Shown: positions 13,201 through 24,636 of the stretch, piece after piece
Numbering within the stretch: the stretch's first letter is position 1
How the letters are laid out: each line of letters starts with the position of its first letter
NCBI RefSeq assembly: GCF_006345805.1
Contig: NC_043015.1
Location: 16,430,001 to 16,494,000, forward strand
Direction: 5' to 3'
Length of the DNA stretch: 64,000 nucleotides
Origin: Octopus sinensis
Lineage: Eukaryota
Position numbers and translations under genes: made by a program
The notes under the pieces: generated by a model
What the model was told of the DNA's origin: nothing
Databases searched by the model: none
The model's input: the letters and a program-made list of their open reading frames with translations, nothing else

Positions 13201-16200
13201 GGCTTTTGTTGACATGGAGAAAGCCTTCGACAGGGTCTCCCGATCCCTTATCTGGTGGTCAATGAGGAAACTAGGGATAGATGAATGGTTAGTGAGAGCT
13301 GTGCGAGCCATGTACAGGGACGCTGCTAGTAAGGTGAGGGTTGGCAACAGTACAGTGAAGAATTCCGGGTAGAGGTAGGGGTCCACCAAGGCTCAGTCCT
13401 CAGCCCCCTCCTATTTATCATAGTCCTCCAGGCAATAACGGAGGAATTCAAGACAGGATGCCCTTGGGAGCTCCTCTATGCTGATGACCTTGCTCTAATT
13501 GCTGAGTCACTATCAGAACTGGAGGAAAAGTTTCAGGTGTGGAAGCAAGGATTAGAATCGAAGGGCCTTAGAGTCAATCTAGCTAAAACCAAAGTCCTAA
13601 TAAGTAGAAAGGTAGACAAATCACAAACGCCTTCAGGTAGATGGCCCTGCTCAATCTGTAGAAAAGGTGTAGGTAGAAACTCTATAAGATGCACCAAGTG
13701 TAAGCTATGGACACATAAGAGGTGCAGCAATGTCAAAGGAAGGCTAACTAGGAAGATGGTTTTTGTATGTGGCAGATGCTCAGGAACAATAAACACTGAA
13801 AATGCTCTGAGACCAACTTCTGTCACTTTCCAGGGAGAAAAACTAGAAATAGTTGATAGCTTCCGTTACCTAGGTGACCAAGTCAGCAGCGGGGGTGGGT
13901 GTGCTGAAAGTGTAACTGCTAGACAAAGAATAGCTTGGGCAAAATTCAGAGAGCTCTTACCTCTGCTGGTGACAAAAGGCCTCTCACTCAGAGTAAAAGG
14001 CAGACTGTATGACGCGTGTGTACGAACAGCCATGCTACATGGCAGTGAAACATGGGCCGTGACTGCTGAGGATATGCGTAAGCTTGCAAGAAATGAAGCC
14101 AGTATGCTCCGATGGATGTGTAATGTCAGTATTCATACTCGACAGAGTGTAAGTACCTTGAGAGAAAAGCTAGACCTAAGAAGCATCAGATGTGGTGTGC
14201 AAGAGAAACGTTTGCGCTGGTATGGACATGTGGCAAGAATGGATGAAGATAGTTGTGTGAAAAAGTGCTACACCCTACCAGTTGAGGGAACCTGTGGAAG
14301 AGGCAGACCCAGGAAAACCTGGGACGAGGTGGTGAAGCACGACCTTCGAACTTTAGGTCTCACTGAGGAAATGACTAGAGACCGAGACCCTTGGAAGTAT
14401 GCTGTGCGTGAGAAGACCCGGCAGGACAAGTGAGACCATAACCCGTGGCCTACATGGGATGTAGCCAGCCCACTTATGCATACCTTCCCTTCTTGGGACA
14501 CAAAACTCTACTTGTGAAGACCTGTTGAGGCAAGTGAGAATCAGAATCGAAATCGATCAATGGAAATTGCAGCTGAGTTACCAGTGCCTGTGGCATGTAA
14601 GAGAACCATACGAACGTGGCCGTTGCCAGCGCCGCCCCGACTGGCCTCGTGCCGGTGGCACATAAAAAGCATCATCCGTTCGTGGCCATTGCCAGCCTCG
14701 CCTGGCCCCTGTGCCGGTGGCACATAAAAAGCACCATCCGATCGTGGCTGTTTGCCAGACTCGTCTGGTACCTGTGCCAGTGGCACATAAAAAGCACCCA
14801 CTACACTCATGGAGTGGTTGGCATTAGGAAGGGCATCCAGCCATAGAAACATTGCCAGATCAAACTGGGCCTGGTGCAGCCTTCTGTCTTCCCAGACCTC
14901 AGTTGAATCGTCCAACCCATGCTAGCATGGAAAGTGGACGCTAAACGATGATGATGATGATATACACAGTGTAAGCTATGGACACGCAAGTGCATTGGAA
15001 TAATAGGAAGGTTATCAGAGAAAGTAATATTTGTATATGGAAGATGCACAGGATCCATAAAAACTACATATATTCAGAAAATCAATTTTCTCAAATGCCC
15101 TAGAGGCTCTTTAGAGGTATTGGATAATTTCTGCTACCTAGTGGACCAAATTATTAGGTTATCTGGAAAGTTCTGAGCACTTTTTAATATACAAATAGGA
15201 ATATAAATAATTAACCTTTCAATAAATTTTATTCAATGAAATAATTTTCATTATTATTAATGACCTTTGCATATCTTTCAGGTAATTTAAATATTCCATC
15301 AGCATAAAATTTGACTGGTTTGAAGAAAAAAAGTTATCTAGATGCATTTTGACTCCATCTCAATCATTAAATGTTTTTCCTTGAAATGGGTTCTGTAGAG
15401 ACAAAAACAAGTGGTAGTTGGATGGTGCAATATCAGGAAAATATAATGGATGGAGTAAGAGGTCCCAGCCAAGTTCATGTAACTTTGTTCGGGTAGCCAA
15501 AATACATGTGGTTGGGCATTGTCTTGTTGGAACACTACCCCTTTCCTGTTGGCAATCTGCAGCCTCAATTCTCTGATTTTTTTTTTTGGGGGTTCAAATT
15601 AGCCAGTCAACGACAGTACACATCAGAATTAATGATCTGGTTTTGTGAGAGAAGCTCATAATAAATAATACCTTTGTGATCCCACCAAACACAAAGCATA
15701 GCTTTTCTGACATGGATATTCATCTTTGGTTTCTGTTTTGGGGGATCCTTATGCAAACTCCAGGATCTTTTTAGCACTAGGCTTTCATAAACAATCCATT
15801 TTTCATCTCCAGTCACAACTTGTTTCAAAAAAGGCATGCTTTCATTCCATTTCAACAGTATATCAGAAACGGAATACCGGTCCAAGCAATTCTTTTCTGA
15901 GAGTTTGTAAGAGACCCATGCATTATAACGAGAAATGTATCCTAGCTGTACTTTTAGAAAAATCAAACTCCTCTGTAAGTTCTCCAGTCATGATATTTGA
16001 GTTTTTTTTTATTTTTGCCTTCAAAACATCTTCATCCAATTTTGAAGGTCTTCTACTGTGACTATCATCTTCCAAGCTGAACTCTCCAGCTTTAAATTTT
16101 GCAAACCACCTTTGAACAGTTGATTCACCTACAGCATCATCACCATGAACTTCACAAATGTTTTGGCATGTCTTTGCAGCATTTTCTCCCGTTTTACAAA

Positions 16201-19200
16201 AGAAAAGCATTGTTAGGTGAATATGAAACTTTTGGTTATCCATTTCAATTGTAACCAGAATGAAAGAAAAATCTATTTTTAGTCAGGAGCAAAGAAGAGA
16301 TGCACTACCACTTCAAATAATGCCATACTTTTAACTCTGTTACATTACAGGTGTGTTCAAAGATTTGTTAAGAAATGTTAAAAGATTTAGCTTTAAAATG
16401 TTCAGAACTCTTCAGACAACAAAATAGTGGAAGGGGAGGATGTACAGAGAGTGTAATAACTAGAATAAGAATAGGGAGAAGAAAATCAGAGAGCTTTTTT
16501 CTCTGTTGCCAACCAAAGGTTTCTCTCTCTGAGTGAAAGGAAGGTTGTATGATGCATGCATATGAACAGCAATTCTACATGGAAATGAGATGTGGTCCCT
16601 GCATGCAGAGGACATGCAAAGGCTAGTATACTCCACTGGATGAGTAATGTACATGTATGACAGAGTGTGAATGTATTGAGAGAGAAGTTAGGCATAAGAG
16701 GAATTAGATGTAGTGTGTAAGAGAGAAACCTGCACTGGTTTGGTCATGTGATGCAGATGGATGCCGACAACTCCATAAACAAGTGCCATTCACTCAAAAT
16801 GGACAGAACTCGTGGAAGAGGGAGATCCAGGGTGGCATGGCACAAAGTACTGAATGATGACCTCAGAATGCTGAACCTTTCAGACAAGATGACAAAGGAC
16901 TGAGATATCTGATGCCTCAAGAAGACCTATGCTCCACTCAGAAGTGTTAAGGCTGCATCCCCTGGTGAAGAGGATTGGCTTCCAAAAGTCCTGTGATGGT
17001 GCCATGTAAAAATGCACTTGTGCCAGTGCCACATAAATGCACTCATGTTAGTGGCACATTAAGAGCTCCTGCCGCATACTGTAAAGTATTTGACATTAGG
17101 AAGGGCATCCAGTCATAGAAACCAAGCCAAATTAGACTGGAACTATGTGCAGCTTGCCAGCTCTGATCAAACTGTCCAACCCATACCAGCATTGAAAAAA
17201 TACATTAAAGGATGATGATGAAATCTTTCAAAAATGATGGCTATTTACTTTTGAGACATCTGTGTGTGCGTGTGTACATTTGTTCATTCATTTGGTGCAT
17301 GTTTTTTATGCTTGCATGTGGTTTGGATGGGAAGTTATTTGAAATGGCATTTTACAGCCAATACTTTTTCTGTTGCTAACAAGGATTTTTATTTCCAGAG
17401 GTTTCAAAATAGATGATGTCATAATGTCAACATGAAATGCCAACATCATCACCACTTAATTGAAATATCAGTATTCATGCATATTTGTACATGTACACAC
17501 ACACACACACTCACACAATGTGCTTTCTGCAGTTTCCATCTACCAAATTTTCTCACAACTCATTCATCTTCTATCATGCAGTGGGATCAAATTGGAAATT
17601 ACGTGCTTAAGAAGCACACTTCTTCACCACACAGTTATGCTTGCACCTAAACACACACACATGTATATATGTTTACATACACATACAGTCCAGCATATGA
17701 TAAATGTACTTTAATTTATTTTTCTAGTGGTACTAATGATGGCACAATATATCATCATGATATCCGACTTTCTGATCACGTGATCAGTACCTTCTCTGCT
17801 CATACAAGTATTGTTTGTGGCTTGAAATGGTCAGGTAATGGTCGCTATTTGGCCAGTGGAGGCAATGATAACATTGTGAATATTTGGGATTTTAATCGTA
17901 GTGTCTCCATTCAGCCATTATTAACGTTAACACGTCATAGAGCTGCTGTCAAGGTAAGATATATTTAATTACTGTCCCTTGAGTAGTTTTTAAATAGAAC
18001 TTAGAGGAAACATATGTTGACAGTATTTTTGTATAATTACAATGCAAAAAATAATTAGATAAGCAATCACACTAAAACTCCTTAAGGAGAACATGTTTTT
18101 CAGAAAGGATGACAAGGGACTGAGACTGGCAGTTTGCTGTGCTTGAGAAGACACATCAAGCTAAGTAAAATCATGATTGTCCTTGCATACAGGCAAATCT
18201 CCTACATCCCTCTTCAGCTGAGCAGTCTTAATCTTGTGGGCTCATGGTTGCTGGTGCCACATAAAAGTACCCATGCCAGTGCTGCATAAAAGCACCCAAT
18301 ACACTCTGTAAAGTGGTTGGCATTAGGAAGAGCATCCAGCCATAGAAACCATGCCAAAACAGACATGGAGCACAAGCAGCCCTTCAGCTGGCCAACTCCT
18401 GTCAAACTGTCCAACCCATTACAGCATGGAAAGTGGATGTTAAATGATGATGATGACAGAAATGTATTTGAGTAATCTAAATCCAATGAGAAAGAATAGC
18501 TTATTAGTAAGTAATATGATGAGATAGTTGTTGATGATTGTATAAAATGTGTAATTATTTAAACTACTTTGAGAATGATGTACATGTTCATATAAAATAT
18601 ACACGTCCTACTATTTGACTAACCAAAGCTTTTTATATTAAACTACAGTTTTGACTGAAGAGAATAGAAAACAACTATTTTTGGTTTACAGAAAATGCAT
18701 TTAAAAATAGATGTGTACAGCAAAACTACTCATTCTACTACAAGAGTTCACCTGTTTTCATTAGTCATATACATTGAAAGATTGTTGTACCATCAATTGA
18801 TGTAGTATGCTTTGAACAATCTTAATACTACAACACATTAACTTTTAAGCCATTGTCTGTTTTGATTGTTATCTTTTACTTGTTTCAATCATTAGACTGC
18901 TGCCATACTGGGGCACTGCTTTGAAGTGTTTAGTCCAGGGGTTGCCAAACTTTTTCAACCATCGACCCCCTTTAGCCACTTCTCCTTCCGAATCGACTCC
19001 CTTTTGTCACTTCTCAGTCTACATTGACCCCCTTTAGCCACTTCTCCTTCTGAATCGACTCCCTTTTGTCACTTCTCATTCTACATTGACCCCCTTTAGC
19101 CACTTCTCCTTTTGCATTGACCACCCTCCTCATTTAAAATACCTTAATACCTTACCCTACCGTACCATATCTTAAATGCATACCAGATAATGATGCTGCC

Positions 19201-22200
19201 AATTAAGATGTTAGCTAAAATATACATGTACGACAAATTAAAAAATTCTATTGAAGATGACTCGCTTTTTACATTTAAAACTACATGTATGAGTATACAG
19301 TATTAAACTTTCAATTTTTATGAAATTGTTTTCACGGTTAGAAAATCATATTGCTGGAATATCTTTTATTGAAATTGACAACATCAATATGAGATAGGAG
19401 CATGGTGATTCTGAATCAAGGCATTGATATCAGACTGAATGTTGGTCAGTTTCAGTCTCAAATCACTTCATTCCTCCAAGTTCGGGCAATTTCTATAAGT
19501 AAACACTTGACAGTCTGCATCCCCTCAACCACACCTCTCAATCTTTGATTACGATACAGATTACAACATCAAACCTCGAACATTAGCAACAGCAGACTTC
19601 TTACAGCAGTGAAAATTCATCATGTTTTCCCATGTTTCATGGTACTGACTAAGTATTTCAGTTCATCTGGGTGAGCTGGTCTTTCGCACACTCATACCCC
19701 CCCCCTTCAACCCCTTGGCTATTATCAACCCCCTGTAATTGCTCACCAACCTCTAGGGGATCTTTCAGACCCCCTTTGGCAATCCCTGATTTAGTCAAAC
19801 AGTAGTTATTTTTTTAAGCCTAGTACTACTTATTCTGTTGGTCTTTTTTCCTAAATTGCTAAGTTATGGGAATGTAAACAAACCCAAACCAGTTGTCAAA
19901 CAGTAGTAAGAAACAAACACAAAGTCACACACACACAATGGGCTTCTTTCAGTTTCTGTCTATGAAACCCACTCATAAAGCTTGGGATTATAATAGAAGA
20001 TTTGTCCAAGGTGTCACAAAGTGAAATTGAACCCAGAACCATATGTTTGGGAAGCAAACTTCTTACCACACAGTCAGGCCTACATAGTGATGCTGAAAAT
20101 GCACCTGCTCTTTTTAAAAAATAAGGCTGAAGAACTTAAACCAGAATCAGGTCATGGCATACATTTATAAACTTTCTTTTGATTGAAAACGGTTTACATC
20201 CATTCAGGAAATATTTTTGTGTTGAAAATTCATACTGCATAAGCTGGGTTTGAACTATTTTAGAAAGTTTTGCCATAAATCCAATTGATTTATGAAAGAG
20301 GTTAAGTTTTCAACACTATGGAATCCATCATTAATAGTATTTCTAACTTGATTCTTAGAGAATTAACCAATTTTTACTCATTTTTTTTTTTTTCATAATG
20401 AGAAGTGATCCCTGAAATATTCCAGTAACATTTAGTTTATAACAATTTGATCTGGAATCAATAATATTAATATGCTAATACCTATGTACATAAGTACCTG
20501 TGGTATGTGTCACACTTAGTTGAAAAGAAGAGGTGAAAAGAGGGAAATAAAACTTAAGCAGAAGAAGTATAGTTTAAGTGAGAGGCAAAGAGGAGGGAGC
20601 AAGGGAGAGAGGGGGGGATTGATAGTGTTAAGAGGTAAGAGAAATATAACTTGTTAAATGTAGGAGGACAGTTAGAGGAGAGGGGGATGAGAGAGAGAGA
20701 GATTTAGAGAAGTAGATTGAGTGAAGGAAAAGAGTGGATAGAGAATAATAGTGAAGGAGAATGGAACCATTCTCACAGAGAAAATGCTAGAAAACTTTTC
20801 AATTTGGACGAAAGATAATAAAGCCGTTGAAAATATGGAAATTGCAAACAGAAATGTTGCCTATCTGTCTGCCTCTCTCTAACACACACACACACACTCT
20901 ACCTCTGTCTCTCTCTCAGCAAATAGCTGTGGATGTTACTATTACTTTTCTACAGTTGAAAGGTGAGGTAGAAATAGAAAATGTTAAGAAGAGGGGTATA
21001 TTTGAAGTGAGTGGCAGAGTGAGAGAGAAAGAGAGTGAGTGATGACTGAAAGGCAAGTGGCGTTTGTTTTGTGTTTTTAAATGTTTATCAATATTTTCAG
21101 AGTAGACAGATACATAACCACAGCAAATATTGGATGTTACTTTTACTTTCCTACAATTTAATTAATTACCATTTTCTATATACTAGGTCCTCAGCCAATA
21201 TTGTATATTACTTTTAAAGATGCTTACATTTTTTGTATTTCGTAGAATTTCCCAGGGTATTATTAATACATAATTATTTGATTGTTATTAAATGAAGTCA
21301 CTATTTACAGATGCTTACAATTTTTGTTTTCCATGAAGTTTTTACAGGTCCAGCTAGTAAAGGATTAATTCAATTAAAGAAACACTTTCTTTGATTTATT
21401 GATGCAAATAAAAGTGTTTTTTAACAATGGACAATTCTCAAGACATCTCTTTATTTTTGAAGCACCCAAAAACAATTTATGGTTAAGAAAGAATATAATA
21501 ATGTTCAAATACCTTCCTGCATCATTCAAAAATTTCATCATTTTCTGTAGAATAAATATATATTTTATGCTTGTGCAACATAAAAAGCACTCAGTCCACT
21601 CTGCTGGGTGATTGGTATTCGGAAGGGCATCCAGCTGTAAAAGCCCTGCCAAAATAGATACAGAAGACTGGTGCTGTCTTCTGCCTGGCCAGCTCCTGTC
21701 AAATTGTCCAACTCATGCCAGCGTGGAAGGCAGACATTAAAGATAGATGGCGATGATATATATATATATTGTTGTCAACAATAATAGTGAACATGTATGG
21801 ATTGCTGTTGATTTGTTTGGTATGAATGTTTTAAAACAGTCTAAAATTGCCACACCACAACCTATAAAATAAAACTCCTGGAAAGATAATTAAATTTTTA
21901 TGCACTGTTATCACTAACTCGTACCAAAATTTGTCAGCTGAAGGGAAAACATTTACCTATAATTAAAACAAACCCATCTGAACCAAGGCATTCTAGACTA
22001 GTCAGAAACATATGCAGATACATGGTTGATGCTTCAAGATATTTTGTCACCATTAAGTATTATCTTCCATGTTACACATTCAGAGGTTCAACAATAAAGA
22101 GAAACAGTTTGTTTTTATAGTTTATTCAGTCATTTACCATATGTATTTAACTTGATTTTCTTTTAGCTATACTTTCAGCAAGTGTAAATTTCATTGTATA

Positions 22201-24587
22201 ATTCTCACTCAAATGAATTACATTAAAAACAGTGATAAATTTAGACTAAAGAGAAATTATTGTTTTGTCAGCATGTTTAATAGATATCACATTAAGATAT
22301 TCTTCAGTCATCATTCTACCTGTAATTATCTTTAAGTAGTCCCCTGCTCTAAACTCCTTTGTATGACAGTTGTTAGAAATAGCTGGTCCTTTTCATGATA
22401 TCAAGCAGCTGTTTCAGGTATAGAGTTTACTATTTCAATGCTACTTGATTTTAACATCATAATAAAGTTCAGTAAATACAGCACTTACTATTAAAATACT
22501 GGGCAACAATATTTTAAAGCGTTTAATTTTTAAAAGAATACTATTTATATTTCAAAGAAAAACCAGCAGAACTATTACTATGATATATCTATGATAAAAA
22601 TGATCATCTTTCCAAACAAATGTAGATGAAAATTTTAATAAAGATTTCAATGCAACTGTGTCATTGTCTTAAACCTACTTAGTTTGATTTAGTAAATATC
22701 AGTGATACCAGTAATATTATTAGTGATTAACATTTCTGTTATTTGACATAGGGATTGGCTTTCTCATTAATGTTATTTGGAGCCTAAACAGACTAGCAAA
22801 GTCCAAAGCAATCATATTTTTGGCAGAGCTTGTGTGTGGGTCTGTTATTTGTTGCAGCAAATAAAGGCTATTTTATTATTATAATCTTAATTATGATATT
22901 TATAATGTCTGTTTATAGAAAATTATCTCAATTTCTGTGTCTTAATTTTGAAACCTAATCTTGAGCTCTAACTGTGAACACAGTTACAAGTTCATCCTAA
23001 TTTTGAATTGTATTCCAAGAGAGCAGCATCTCAATGAAAAATGGTAAGAAATGATAAAAAATTGGTTAACAGTTCTAAAGCTGTATGTGAAGCTGATGGG
23101 CAGCCATCATAAAACAATGTTGTGTTAATGCAAGTTCAAATTCAAATAGAAAAAATGTACTTGTCAACCAAATCCCAGCCTTTGATAATCTACTCTAACA
23201 CATTTAACTAGATTCATTACTATTATTGAAGGCCAAGCTCATCCTAATACTCAACTGTATGTAGTAATATTTGGAATATCCATTTTTACTTTCCTTTTTA
23301 TTTATTTATTATAGGCTTTGAGCTGGTGTCCTTGGCAAGATTCTATACTTGCCAGTGGTGGAGGATCTAAAGACAAAACAATCCATATATGGAGTATACC
23401 ATCAGGAAAATGTGTCAACTCTAAACTAACACATTCACAGGTTATTGCATTACTGTTACTTCTTTCTTTGTTTTCTGTAATTCTAGAAATTTCTGTAGCA
23501 TTTAATGGAGATGTTAATATTCAGCTGTCATTTGAAAGAAAAAGAAATGTTTGTGTTTCGATGTTGCCTTGGCAAACATTGGAAAATGGAACATGCATTT
23601 TATACAATTTCTTTATTTTTTTAACCAAACCTTTTTCTGTTACCTACTACTATCCTGTGTTGCTGGATTATTCATTTTGTTAAAATAAGTAGAGAAATAC
23701 AACTTAATGCAAGTAATGTTTGAACTCCTGAATAGTTCCTTAACAATGGACACAAATGTCACTGAGGGGTTAAGGTGAGATCCTGTTTCAGTCCTACTGC
23801 ATAGTATTTTCAATAAATGTTTTTTAACATAGTCTTGAGTGGATCCAAGCCTATGAGTGAAATGGGCAGGGATAGAAAATATGAGGAAGCCTGTTGGATG
23901 GACTGTACCAGTGATTCAAAGAGTCAGCATTGTCACACACTGTCATAGAGTGGATTCCACTTGAGAATTATGTGAAGGGTACAACTGTCTGTGAAATATT
24001 TAGCCACTAACACGTTACTTAATGAATAAATAGTAGAGTTGATAAAACAACTGAAACAATCGTTGCCAAAATTGACAAATGCTCCATTTCAACCTTATAA
24101 ATATTATGTGTGTGTAATAAGCAAAAGAAAATAATACTCAACACATTTAGTTGGACATTATTTACATTTGACAGATATTTGTCCTCATCTTGTTTGTTAA
24201 CATGTTTCGGCTGATATCCAGCCTTCATCAGGTGTCTTGGGGAAATTTCAAACCTGGATTCTCATTCCTGAGGTATTTTTCGATGGATTCTCATTCCTAA
24301 GGTATTTTCTGCAAGACATTTGATGAAGACTGGAAGATATATCAGCCAAAACGTTGTGTTAACAACAAACAAGATGAGGACAAATATTCGTCAAATGTAA
24401 ATTATGTACATAATTCTTCATCTCTTAAATATAGAACTACATTTAGTTGGAGATCTGTATATTTAATAACATATTGACTCAGCTCCACATTACTTAAAGT
24501 TAAATGGGCATAATATACAAAACATTAAGTATTGTGGAGCAGAGTCATTGCTAATAATGTACATGCAAACACACACACACACATTAC

Positions 24588-24636
<49 letters not shown>

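Noticed and set aside
11797-13826. Antisense ORFs over the RTE
   Set aside because: Shadow frames of ORF2
14584-14800. Regularly spaced palindromic repeats as a CRISPR array (also 18961-19130)
   Set aside because: Intervening sequences are homologous rather than unique spacers; they are parts of a LINE 3' UTR and a hAT end in a eukaryote
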